Positions 1 to 12,123 of a stretch of DNA of 64,000 bases are shown piece after piece; within the stretch, counting starts at the first letter, position 1; every line of letters begins with the position of its first letter. A model generated the notes under the pieces. That model was given only the letters and a program-made list of their open reading frames with translations, was not told the origin of the DNA and made no database searches. Made by a program: the position numbers and the translations under genes. This stretch comes from Octopus sinensis (taxonomy: Eukaryota): contig NC_043007.1 in the NCBI RefSeq assembly GCF_006345805.1, positions 31,248,001 through 31,312,000 on the forward strand. Direction: 5' to 3'.

Positions 1-399
1 ATGTATATATGTGTATATGTTTGTGTTTGTCACTCTCCCACCACCACCATCATTGTCATTTCCATTATCACCAAACACCCGTCATCCATGGGTTAGACAG
101 TTTAAAAGAAGCTGGCAAGCTAGCGGACCACATGATGCTCCAATGTCTGTTTTGGCATGGTTTTTACAACTGGATTCCCTTCTTAATGCCAACCACTTTA
201 CAGAGTGTGCTGGCAAGGTCTGTTTTGGCATGGTTTTCATGGCTGAATACCCTCCCTGTGCCAACCACTTTACAGAATGGACTGCATGCTTTCTACATGG
301 CATCAGTACTGGCGGACTTGACAACCATTGTTGGTTTGTTTATGTTTCTGTAAATTAGCATTTTGGCAAAAGATGGAAATCAAAGTTGAAGTCAAACTC

Positions 400-850
400 G
401 GTGACTGGCATCCGTTGCTAGTGGAGCGCTAAGAGTACCATACGAGTGAGATCGTTGCCAGAGCAAAAAGCTGGCCTTCATGCCGATGGCACATTAAACA
501 CACCATCAGAGCATGATCTTTACCTGCGTCGCCTTACTAGCACTTGTGCTGGTGGGACGTGAAACATTCGAGCCAGTTTGTCACCAGTGCTGCTGGACTG
601 GCTCCTGTGCAGGTGGCACATAAAAAGGACCATTTGGGCATGGCTATTGCCAGTACCATTAAACTGGTCCTCGTGCCGGTGGCACGTAAAAGCACCCACT
701 ACACTCTCGGAGTGGTTGGCGTTAGGAAGGGCATCCAGCTGTAGAAACTCTGCCAGATCAGATTGGAGTCCGGTTTGCCAGCCTGAGTCAAATCGTCCAA
801 CCCATGCTAGTATGGAAAGCAGACATTAAATGATGATGATGATGATGATG
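400..850 (+). mobile_element. Retroposon family C (internal gcaccggcac-type repeats, RTE-like 3' end, (GAT)n tail)
   Basis: gttggcgttaggaagggcatccagctgtagaaac...ttaaa(tga)n; dozens of copies in the window. Confidence 0.75.
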
Positions 851-985
851 GCATTAGGGTAAATATCCAACTTAAAAAATAAGTACCTGGGTCAATTTAT
901 TTCAAGGTGTGGCCCCAACATGGCAGCTGTCCAATGAAACAAATAAATTCCAAAATTCATTATACATTACATATGTATGTATGTA

Positions 986-1171
986 GGCGCAGGAGTGGCT
1001 ATCTGGTAAGTCGCTTGCTTACAAACCACATGGTTCCGGGTTCAGTCCCAGTGCATGGCACCTTGGGCAAGTGTCTTCTGCTATAGCCCCGGGCCGACCA
1101 ATGCCTTGTGAGTGGATTTGGTAGACGGAAACTGAAAGAAGCCCGTCGTATATATGTATGTATATATATAT

Positions 1172-1263
<92 letters not shown>

Positions 1264-1455
1264 TCCCCCTAGCATTGCTTGACAACCAATGCTGGTGTGT
1301 TTACGTCCCTGTCACTTAGCGGTTCGGCAAAAGAGACCGATAGAATAAGTACTGGGCTTACAAGGAATAAGTCCTGGGATCGATTTGCTCAACTAAAGGC
1401 GGTGCTCCAGCATGGCCGCAGTCAAATGACTGAAACCAGTAAAAGAGTAAAAGAG
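986..1455 (+). mobile_element. SINE family A, full length (tRNA-like head, internal (TA)n(TG)n, AAAAGAGT tail)
   Basis: Box A-like tggctatctggt, box B-like gggttcagtccc, many dispersed copies in the window. Confidence 0.85.
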
Positions 1456-1835
1456 AGCATTGTATGAAAGCAGTGTTTGGTTGTCAGCTCCTCCTCCCTC
1501 ACTCCTTCAGTATTTATTCTCTCATTATTCCATGTTTGTTTAGTAAATGTATTGTTTGAACATGTGACATTTTCAAATACTCCAACATCACATTGTTGTC
1601 GTCTCTTCTCTGATAACATTCAGACTGACCGATTAATGTGAAGTCGTCGGAGATAAAAAAAATAAAAATAAAAGAACCTAACCACTTGAGAATTTTCTTC
1701 AATCCCAACAGTTTGTGTTTACCAGAAATCCTTACAATAAAAGATTCCGGTGTTGTCTTTGTGTGTAAGATGTTTGCTAAACCTTAACATTTAAGGCCTT
1801 TGGAGCGAATTTGATAAAGAGAAACTGTGTAGAAG

Positions 1836-1871
<36 letters not shown>

Positions 1872-2147
1872 GGAAGAGCATCCAGTTGTAGATACCAAGC
1901 CAAAACAGACTGTGGAACCTGGTGCTGCCCCCTGGCCTTGCCAGTTCCTGCCAAGCTGTCCAACCCATACCAGCATGGAAAACAGACGTTAAATGCTGCT
2001 GATGATGATGATGTTATATGTATAGTTATGGAATGTCTTTTGATTACCAATTTCTCATCAATGGCCACAGGTCCTACAGACGATTGCGGTGCCAGTCAGA
2101 CCGACAGGCTTTCACAGACCAAGATTGATAAATGTGTAATTTCTTCT

Positions 2148-2564
2148 TATTTCTTTATTGCCCACAAGGGGCTAAACATAGAGGGGACAAACAAGGACAG
2201 ACAAACGGATTAAGTCAATTACATCGACCCCAGTGCGCAACTGGTACTTTATTTATTGACCCCGAAAGGATGAAAGGCAAAGTTGACCTCTGTAGAATTT
2301 GAACTCAGAACATAACGGCAGACGAAATACCTATTTCTTTACTACCCACAAGGGGCTACACACAGAGGGAACAAACAAGGACAGACAGACAGATTAAGTC
2401 GATTATATTGATCTCAGTGCGTAACTGCTACTTAATTTATCGACCCCCGAAAGGATGAAAGGCAAAGTGGACCTCGGCGGAATTTGAACTCAGAACGTAA
2501 CGGTAGACGAAATACCGCTAAGCATTTCACCCGGTGTGCTAATGGTTCTACCAGCTTGCCATCT
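2148..2564 (-). mobile_element. SINE family B dimer with 15-bp TSD
   Basis: TSD tgtgtaatttcttct at 2133-2147 and 2565-2579; box B-like gagttcaaattcc; core ...gataaattaagt(a/g)cagtt....actg.g.tc.at. Confidence 0.9.
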
Positions 2565-3713
2565 TGTGTAATTTCTTCTGCGAAGTGGGAAGAAATCTAA
2601 AGACAAAGTATTTTCCATGCTTTGCATTTCCGTTCCCTACTACCATCCTGGTTTCCAATGATAGCAACATTTCCACTCTTAGAGCTTCAGGGTTTCACCA
2701 TAACCTCGATAGAGTAGCTAATGGGTGCTATGCCTTGCAAAGAGTAACCCGTGATTTTGTCTGGGATTGCTTATTGAGTATTTGCAGCTAATTATATATA
2801 TCTACAGGCCTTTCCCCTATTCCCCTTTCCGTAAATTGGGGACCCGATAGAGGGGAGTTTCATCATCACACCATTTTCCGAATAAGCTTGACCAGATGAT
2901 AGTGATAATACTCCTTTCTACTGTAGGCACAAAGCCTGGAATTTTGGGTGAGGGAACTAGTCAATTACATCGACCCCAGTGCGCAACTGGTACTTAATTT
3001 ATCGACCCCGAAAGGATGAAAGGCAAAGTCGACCTCAATGGAATTTGAACTCAGAACAAAGTGACTGACAAAATACTGCTAAGCATTTTGTCTGGCGTGC
3101 TAACGATTCTGCCAGCTCACCGCTTTAATGATAATAATGTGTGTGTGTGTGTTTCCTTCCTACCACAATCTGACAACTGGTGTTGGTTTGTTTACATCCC
3201 TGTAAATTAGCAGTTTGGCAAAAAAGACTGATAGAATAAGTACTGGTGCAGGGTAGTGGCTACTTGTTTGACTAAAACCCATATAGGTGGTGCTCCGGCT
3301 TGGCCACAGTCCAATGACTGTAGCATGTATAAGTTGAAATATCAAAATTTTTTGCATTTTGAATATTAGGGGTCAGTTGTGTTGTTGGTTGCAAGTTTTC
3401 AATGGACCAATCACTGGTTTCCCAAGGGAGTGTGTGTTACCAAATGTAGAACAAATATCACAAGGGACTTCATTTGAAAAGCATCAAATTTTGGAGTGGG
3501 GTGGGGGATGATAAATGATGATGATGAAAGTATCCTTGCTTTTTTTTAAAAAAAACAATAGAGTATGATGTGAAGTAATTTTGCTATTTCCAGCAAGCCA
3601 AGCAACCATAAAGAAGCTTCTCTTTTTAATTCAACCACCTCTACCACAGCAAGAATATCTATTGGGGAGATTGTGAGTGGATTTGGTAGACGGAAACTGA
3701 AAGTATCCCATTG

Positions 3714-3762
<49 letters not shown>

Positions 3763-4299
3763 ATATGTGTGTGTGTGTGTATGTATATGTGTGTGTGTGT
3801 ATGTATATGTGTGTGTGTGTGTGTGTGTATGTATATATGTGTGTCAGTGTTTGTACTCCCACCATTGCTGATATTGCTGTGCTTACGTCCCTGTAACATA
3901 GTGGTTCGGCAAAAGCGATCGATAGAATAAGTACTAGGCTTACAAAGAATAAGTCTTGGGGTCAATTTGTTCGACTAAAGGCGTTGCTCCAGCATGGCCA
4001 CAGTCAAATGACTGAAACAAATAAAAGAATAGTTACATATAGCAGTATGTACCTAGATTTCTAGACAGATAGCTGATAGTTTAAATATTTCATGGTTATC
4101 GCATGATATTGTACCTGGAAGGTAAACAATAAGCCTGACAAAAGTTCACTCAAAATGAAACGGCCTAGTTTCAATATTAAAGTACTGTTGTACTTTATAG
4201 CAAGTACTTGATATTATTCTAACAGACATGATATCACTCTAATTGATATATGGTGCCACAATATTGGATACGGTGTCAGGATAACAGATCTATGGTACC

Positions 4300-4529
4300 T
4301 ATTTCTTTACTATCCACAAGGGGCTAAACACAGACGGGACAAACAAGGACAGATAAACGGATATAGTTGATTATATTGACCCCAGTGTGTAACTGGTACT
4401 TATTTAATCGACCCCGAAAGGATGAAAGGCAAAGTTGACCTTGGCGGAATTTGAACTCAGAATGTAGCAGCAGACAAAATACCACTAAGCATTTCGCCCA
4501 TCGTGCTAACGATTCTGCCAGCTTGCCAC
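4300..4529 (-). mobile_element. SINE family B monomer with 15-bp TSD
   Basis: TSD cagatctatggtacc at 4285-4299 and 4530-4544. Confidence 0.9.
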
Positions 4530-4884
4530 CAGATCTATGGTACCAGTAAGACAAATATGGTGCCACTGTGGTCCCAATATATCAGATACAGTGCCACTAT
4601 AGTAGAAAAATGGTCGAATTCTGAAAATTCTTCTATATGGCCATAAAGTGGAGGGATATTTGCAGCAAAGGAAGATCTCTCCTTAAGTATAAGGATAAGT
4701 TGAAGCAATTGCTAAAGTCTCTACAGCTTAACCTGGGAAAGTCATCGCCTTGACCAGTGTTTCTCAACTTTTTTACCCTTGTGTAACCCTTAAAATAAAT
4801 TACATATCTCAAGGAACCCCTGCACAAAGAAAATTATATACCTTATCTTTCTCATATTTTTTCATTGTAGTTCACATGGTAAAT

Positions 4885-4924
<40 letters not shown>

Positions 4925-4934
<10 letters not shown>

Positions 4935-5101
4935 TATTTGAGACAAAACCACTATTTTGCAAAACAAACAAGGAAAGACTTAATCAATACATAAAATTTA
5001 ATAAATAGTCAAAAAATAGTCAAATAAAATTTTATGTATTGATTAAGTCTTTCCTTGTTTGTTTTGCAAAATAGTGGTTTTGTCTCAAATAATATTTTAT
5101 A
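4925..5101. repeat. Perfect 75-bp inverted repeat with 27-bp spacer, TA-flanked
   Basis: 4925-4999 is the exact reverse complement of 5027-5101. Confidence 0.95.
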
Positions 5102-5180
5102 ATATTTTACTATAAAATTGGATTTAATCCTAAATCTGATTTTTTTTCCCTGTAAATTTGGATATATTCCCTAATATTTA

Positions 5181-5223
<43 letters not shown>

Positions 5224-6459
5224 CAAATGGTTAAGAAGTTCTCTTTGCAACCAGGAGGTCTGAGTTTTGATCCCACTGCATGGTATCTTGAGGCTAGCAC
5301 TGCCTTGACTGGCGTCCGCGCCGGTGACACTTAAAAAGCACCAACCGATCATGGCCGGCGGCAGCGGCTGTTGTTGTTGTTAATTGGTAGATGTAATTTA
5401 TAATATAGGGGTGGACAGAAGTTGTGTACCTAAAAATCACAAAAACAGGGCTCCCAATGAACAACTAGGTACCTCCTGCAGAACCCTTAGTCAACTTATG
5501 AATCACTTAGGTTTAAAAGTGTTTCTTAAAAACGAAATAAAGAAATAGAGAAATGCAAAGAGCATTCCACTCATATTAAGCGACTGTACACCCACTTTTG
5601 CCCACCCGCTTTTGCCCACCCCTGTATAAAATCGCTTTTGCAACAATCTAGGTTGAACATGAGCACTGTTCTGTTTGCATGCTAACAATCAGTTAATTGT
5701 CAGAGGTTGTTAGCTCCAGACTTGCGATCTACTTTACTAAAATGTGTTGCAAGACTCATGGCCTTCTGCTGACATTTAAACTGGCACTTGTGAACAGATG
5801 TTTTAAATTCGTTTCACTTAATGGGTCATTCCTCCATATGCTTCACAATGCACTAACTAATCAATGAATTTCTTCGTTTTAAAGTATCTTAATTATTTAA
5901 AGAGACTATTTGGAAAACGGATTGTTGTTGTTGTTGTTGTTTAGGTCAGCCCTCTTCAAGCTGACCTTTGATCAAGGTCATTTTACTTGTGGCTGTCATG
6001 TTTTCTTTTCCTCTCCCTTACCTAGTGTATCTAGGGATAAATTTATCCAATGTGACCTCCTTCTTCTTTTTAAGAAGGGAGGGTTGTGATTTATGAAAGA
6101 TCTCACTGTTCTTTTCAGAAAACTGAAATTCTGCTGAGAGCAGTCATGGGCCGACTGTGGCCCTTGAGACTTTCTGAATGACATGCCAATGAAAAATAAC
6201 TTGAAGGGTTTTAGTCATGTGGCCCCCCACCTTATGGTGAACCTTGTCTCATGCAGCCTGCTTTTCGTAAAAGGTTGCCCATGCCTGGCTTAGAGTCTTG
6301 ATTGTTGGTTTCTGAAAGACACGTAGGAAGGTACAAATTACTAACGGCCAACTATGTCCGGTAGATTATCCATCTGGTCTTTGTCTGAATTATTAGTAAA
6401 ATATTGAGCCTGAGTTAAAAGTTAAAGAACAAAACAAAATGCAAAGAGGGTAATGAGGG

Positions 6460-6795
6460 ACCCCTTTGGTCGTGAATGACCGTGGGATTGCATCTAGAAA
6501 GTTCCCTCTGAGGCACAAGTCCGGGGCAAGGGTGTTTATGGAAAGTCAGCAGTCACTCATGCATACCAGCTTCCCCTCTCCACGCCACCAGTGTTATCCA
6601 AGGGAAAGAAAGGCAAAGGGTTCGATACAGCTTGGCACCAGTGACATCACAACTCATTTCTGCAGCTGAGTGAACTGGGGCAACGTGAAATAAAGCGTCT
6701 TGCTCAAGAACACAACACGCAGCCTGGTCCGGGAATCGAACTCACTACCTCATGATTGTGATCCCAACACTGTAACCACTGTGCTGTGCACCTTA
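6460..6795 (-). mobile_element. SINE family D (tRNA-like head, tgtgttcttgagcaagac module)
   Basis: Near match to 42325-42655; box B-like gagttcgattcc on the minus strand. Confidence 0.75.
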
Positions 6796-7246
6796 ATAAA
6801 TAATAACAATTTCACATCAAATTTTAAATTTCTCCTCTGTCCTTAGATTGCATTTGAATATCTACATTTGTTGTTGTTGATGATGATGATGATGGTATTC
6901 AAATGCAGTCTACATGTGGCTGTATGGGTTAGAGGCTTATTTCCCAACCATATGGTCTTGGGTTCAGTCCCATTGCATGGCACCTTGGATAAGTAAGTGC
7001 CTTCTAGTATAGCCCCAGGTCAACCAAATCCTTGTGAGTGAATTTGGTAGATATTTTGCTGAATATTTTTTAGACCACTCTGCTAGGCAGTTGGTGTTAG
7101 GAAGGGCATCCAGCCATAAAAACCCTGCCACTACAGACACAGAAGTCTGATGCGGGTTCCTGCTTGGCCGGCTCCTGACAAACTGCCCAACCCATGCCAG
7201 CAAGGAAGGCGGACGTTAAACAATGATGATGATGATGGTGATTGTA

Positions 7247-7460
7247 GCAGCAAGCTGGCAGAATTGTTAGCATGCTGGGCAAAATGCTTAGCGGTATTTC
7301 GTCTGCTACTATGTTCTGAGTTCAAATTCCACTTCATCCTTTCGGGGTCAATTAAATAAGTACCAGTTATGCACTGGGGTCGATGTAATCAACTTAATCC
7401 TTTTGTTTGTCCTGGTTTGTCCTCTCTGTGTTTAGCCCCCTTGTGGGCAATAAATAAATA
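7247..7460 (+). mobile_element. SINE family B monomer
   Basis: Same head, core and tail, on the + strand. Confidence 0.8.
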
Positions 7461-8315
7461 AATTGTAGGGTAGGTGTGAGAGGCAGAATCTGGCCAGTCT
7501 GAACATAAGATGGAATATTCTGGTCAGAAATGGCCACTTTAGATACTAAAGGGCTGAATGATGGTGATGATGATGGTGGTGGTGGTTCTTATACATAAAC
7601 AAACCATCCACGGAGAAATTATATGCTTGTAAAAGCATCCCAGACTGGCACATGGGTTTCTTGCGACACAATTTATGGCAAATGCAATTAGTTTTGTGCT
7701 GCTCTGTTTCTGCTTTGCGGTCTCCAAACTTTATTCAGATGTTTACTTTTGTTTGCTTTTGTATTGAATTTTCGTTTTTACTGACAACAAAAACATGAAA
7801 TTTCATCAATATATTTCCTTCGTAAAACTGATCAATTTTTGTCTTTTTTTTTTTCTCTATATTTCGTCGACTGCTGACCTATTTATGCTTAGAGCTGAGA
7901 AACCTATTTTCAGAACACCATTATTATGTCTTTCATTTAAAGATTTGGTCTGACCAACTCAAAAGGTTGTTCAGGTGTATTGTGGGCAAACCCCTAGAAT
8001 TGGGGGGAAATTTTTTCAATAAGATGTTTAGATATATACCAGAAGGGTTGACTAAACTCTGATAAAAAGATAGAACTGAATAATGCTAGCTTTGGAAGAC
8101 TGACTGCAAAGATATCTTGTTGTGAAAGATTTCTGATAATATGGTAACAGCTGGATCTAACAGTGTGGCAGCTGTTTTAGAAGACAGGAAGAAATATCTG
8201 AAGAAGTGATGGCACAAATAATTCATCATCATTGGGAAAGAATTTCGTCTGAAGTGTGAAGATGAAGATGGGAAAGACTGATCCTTTGAAAGTTTTCTAC
8301 ATGGATAAATCACAG

Positions 8316-8528
8316 ACTCTTTACTCTCTCTTTACTCTTTTACTTGTTTCAGTCATTTGACTGCGGCCATGCTGGAGCACCGCCTTTAGTCGAGCAAATC
8401 GACCCCGGGACTTATTCTTTTGTAAGCCCAGTACTTATTCTATCGGTCTCTTTTGCCGATCCGCTAAGTGACGGGGACGTAAACACACCAGCATCGGTTG
8501 TCAAGCAATGCTAGGAGGACAAACACAA

Positions 8529-8559
<31 letters not shown>

Positions 8560-8733
8560 CATATATATACATATATACGACAGGCTTCTTTCAGTTTCCG
8601 TCTACCAAATCCACTCACAAGGCATTGGTCAGCCCGGGGCTATAGCAGAAGACACTTGCCCAAGATGCCATGCACTGGGACTGAACCTGGAACCATGTGG
8701 TTGGTTAGCAAGCTACTTACCACACAGCCACTC
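8316..8733 (-). mobile_element. SINE family A
   Basis: Reverse complement of 986-1455. Confidence 0.85.
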
Positions 8734-8784
8734 TTTTTCTAAATATACAAAAAATGCGTGCGCATGTGTGTGTGTGTGTGTGTG

Positions 8785-9173
8785 AAGGTTTATGTATATG
8801 TTTACGTGTCAAGAGGACTTGTTTGTATTCTTTTAACTGAGTCTAATAAGTTTGTTGTTGTGGTTTTTATGAAATTACAACAAGGTCCTGTGTCTCTTAC
8901 TTTGGTATGGAATGTGGCTGGCCCTCAAGATAGGCCAACAATAAATAAAGGCATCTTTGTGTGTGTGTGTGTGTGTGTGTGAAGGTTTATGTATATGTTT
9001 ACGTGTCAAGAGGACTTGTTTGTATTCTTTTAACTGAGTCTAATAAGTTTGTTGTTGTGGTTTTTATGAAATTACAACAAGGTCCTGTGTCTCTTACTTT
9101 GGTATGGAATGTGGCTGGCCCTCAAGATAGGCCAACAATAAATAAAGGCATCTTTGTGTGTGTGTGTGTGTGT
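8785..9173 (+). repeat. Perfect tandem duplication, 197-bp period, bounded by (GT)n
   Basis: 8785-8958 identical to 8982-9155. Confidence 0.95.
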
Positions 9174-9566
9174 TAATTGGCTGTTTTGGGAGGTTATAAT
9201 CACTGACTCTCACCCAGCAGGATGGAAAAGTTAGCATTCTCAAATCACTGTGTAATTACGTTAAGGTGAGGATAGTGGTGACTCTGATGAGAGATGGTGG
9301 GGTGGGTATAGATAATGTTTGATGAACTTTTGTGTTTTGCAGTTGTTTGAAAAGTTAAGAACAAAAAAAAAAGGGAAATCAATTTGCAGATTTTAAGCAA
9401 AAAAGTAAAAAAAAGCTTAAATATTTTTTTAAATGATATTAGAAGACCCCCTTTGGTCATGAATGACCATGGGACTGGACCTAGAAACTTGACCATGGAA
9501 TTGCACCTAGAAACTTACAGGGGAAAATTCAATTTGGCAATACTAAATCAAATTTCACAATATATA

Positions 9567-9915
9567 TATATATACATATGTATATAATAATTATGAGAAG
9601 TAACCTCTATTAAGTAATTCAATTAATAGTGAAAGATATTATCTATATTAAATCATATAGAAAAAATTTAAATGTATTATAATATATGTTATTCTAAAAA
9701 TTTAAATACTTTATAATAAATATTATTCTAAAAATCACTAATTTAGATAAACATTATTTAATAATAATGTTTATTTAATTTAGTGATTTTTAGAATAATA
9801 TTTATTAAAATATATTTAAATCTTTCTATATGATTTATTATAGATAATATCTTTCACTATTAATTGAATTACTTAATAGAGGTTATTTCTCTTAATTATA
9901 TACATATGTATATAT
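9567..9915. repeat. About 350-bp AT-rich palindrome, TA-flanked
   Basis: Centre aaacattatt-taat-aataatgttt; the left arm has an extra insertion of about 36 bp. Confidence 0.9.
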
Positions 9916-9923
9916 ATTTATAT

Positions 9924-10410
9924 ACTAGACCAGCCGTGACCCGTTGGGTTGCCGGGAAACTCTGAATTTCCCAACAACGGAATTTTGTCTTGTGGGGGGT
10001 TTTTTTTCCGGATTATTTCGCATTCTTTCAACAAATGTGACATTGAAATCATGTGTAAACAGCTCCTTTCCCCAGAAAAGGAAAGGTTTGGCTGCTATTT
10101 CTTGCATGCTCTGTTATCATGTAACAGGTATTATGGGTCCTTTATTGCAAATAGCTGTTATGTGGTAGCAGGGCGTTCTAGAAATAGCAGCCAAATACAT
10201 TGAATGCACTCGAAAAAAAAAAAAACTCACTGTCCAATAGAAAGATAAGAGTTTATTCCTTTTCAGGATGAAGAATATTTTTGGAACATTTTCCCATTCT
10301 GCACCGTTTTGGGTATTTATACCCTGAAAATCTCTAATAGCTTAAAAACTACTTTACTGATCTACACGAAACTTGTTTCATTCAATTCATATTAACATTT
10401 CAGGGTAAAC
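9924..10410 (+). mobile_element. Helitron-like element, 5' portion
   Basis: actag start with a GC-rich subterminal segment; architecture like 20028-20420; right end uncertain. Confidence 0.4.
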
Positions 10411-10729
10411 TGTTAGGAATTCTTCTGATAGAGGATCAATATTATTTGATTCTCTGTCTGAAGAATTTCTGATAAGAGATTTCCTACATGTTTATCTAAC
10501 ATCTACAACTTTGTAATTCCTATTAGCAAACGAAATATGTGTAATGGTGTTTTTTTTTTTTCCAACTTCTGGTTTTGATATATAATAACTCTGCAGACAA
10601 TATTTCCGAAATTTTCTACTCTAATTTGTAACTTTACATCAAGACAACAACTGCAGACTGGATTGTAATAATGGAATAAGCAGGTGTGCCTCAAGAGAAC
10701 ACAGCTTGGATTTTACCCTACTTGCTTAT

Positions 10730-11081
10730 ACATGTGTGTGTGTCTTACATATATATGTATGTGTATATATATGTGTATATATATATATGTATATATATAT
10801 ATGTGTGTGTGTGTGTATATATATATATATGTATGTATGTATATATATATGTGTGTATATATGTATATATATATATGTATGTATATATGTATATATATAT
10901 GTATGTATGTATGTATATATGTATATATATATATGTATGTATGTATACATATATATGTATATATATGTATGTATGTATACATATATATGTATGTATATAT
11001 ATATATATATATATGTATGCATATATATATATATATATATGTATGTATATATATATATATATATATGTGTATGTATATATG

Positions 11082-11114
<33 letters not shown>

Positions 11115-11130
11115 ATATATATATACATAC

Positions 11131-11162
<32 letters not shown>

Positions 11163-11170
11163 TTGTGCAT
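10730..11170. repeat. (TA/TG)n compound microsatellite
   Basis: Seen directly. Confidence 0.95.
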
Positions 11171-11719
11171 ATATTTGTAGATTTATAACATGTTTTTTTT
11201 AAAAATGGGTTTGGTTATACTTGCTTACTAGTAAGTGCCCTTATAGCACTAGTTTCTCTCCTCCCTGCACTAAATCTTCTCCCAATTCTCTGACCCTCAT
11301 TCCAATTCTCGAATTAACTGTCCCTCCCCCACCCCCGATTGATGGCTGCCCGTCTTGTATCTCACTTCATCTCAAAATGGGGGTCAGTTTGACATTTGCC
11401 TCCTTCCATAATATCCACATTGATTAATGCTGTAATGACTGGTTTTCAATGAGACACGGTGCAGCTGTCGGGGGCCGGCAGTTGTTGCACTTGTTGTTGT
11501 TGTTGTTGCTTTTCTGTCAGTATCGAACAGGAATATGTGTCATAGCCATAATGGGCTGATATGTGTGGGTTTTTTTCTTTTTTTCATCTGGTCGCAACAA
11601 CTGTCTGAATCATCCTTAGGAGATCAATAAACGTAGCTGGTTTATTTGGATTTGCTACACATTTACTGATTAACTTATCTATACACACACACACACACAC
11701 ACACACATATGTATGTATG

Positions 11720-11933
11720 TATTCTTTTATTCTTTTACTTGTTTCAGTCACTTGACTGTGGCCATGCTGGAGCACCGCCTTAAGCCCAGCAAATCGACCC
11801 TAGGACTTATTCTTAGTAAGCTTCCTAGTACTTATTCTATCAGCCTCTTTTGCCGAACCACTAAGTTACGGGGACGTAAACACACCACCATCGGTTGTCA
11901 AGCGATGATGGGGGGACGAACACAGACACACAA

Positions 11934-11974
<41 letters not shown>

Positions 11975-12123
11975 CGACGCGCTTCTTTCAGTTTCCGTCT
12001 GCCAAATCCACTCACAAGGCTTTGGTCGGCCCGAGGCTATAGTAGAAGACACTTGCCCAAGGTGCCATGCAGTGGGACTGAACCCGGAACAAACATACAC
12101 ACACTTACCACACAGCCACTCCT
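11720..12123 (-). mobile_element. SINE family A
   Basis: Same head, internal microsatellite and tail. Confidence 0.8.

Noticed and set aside
986-1070. tRNA-like box A/B sequences in SINE heads
   Set aside because: They continue into SINE bodies and do not form complete cloverleafs; not called as tRNA genes.
6100-6185. Acceptor-like site followed by KTEILLRAVMGRL, superficially like the upstream VPS39 motif
   Set aside because: Poor match, in-frame stop, no donor.
8190-8260. CTGAAGA...GAAAG...GTC hammerhead-like order
   Set aside because: Stem II is not adjacent to GAAA, and helix III and stem I do not pair.
10684-11202. Long ORFs of 136-172 aa on both strands (also 59243-59755, 44965-45487, 22209-22554)
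   Set aside because: Translations of (TA/TG)n microsatellites.
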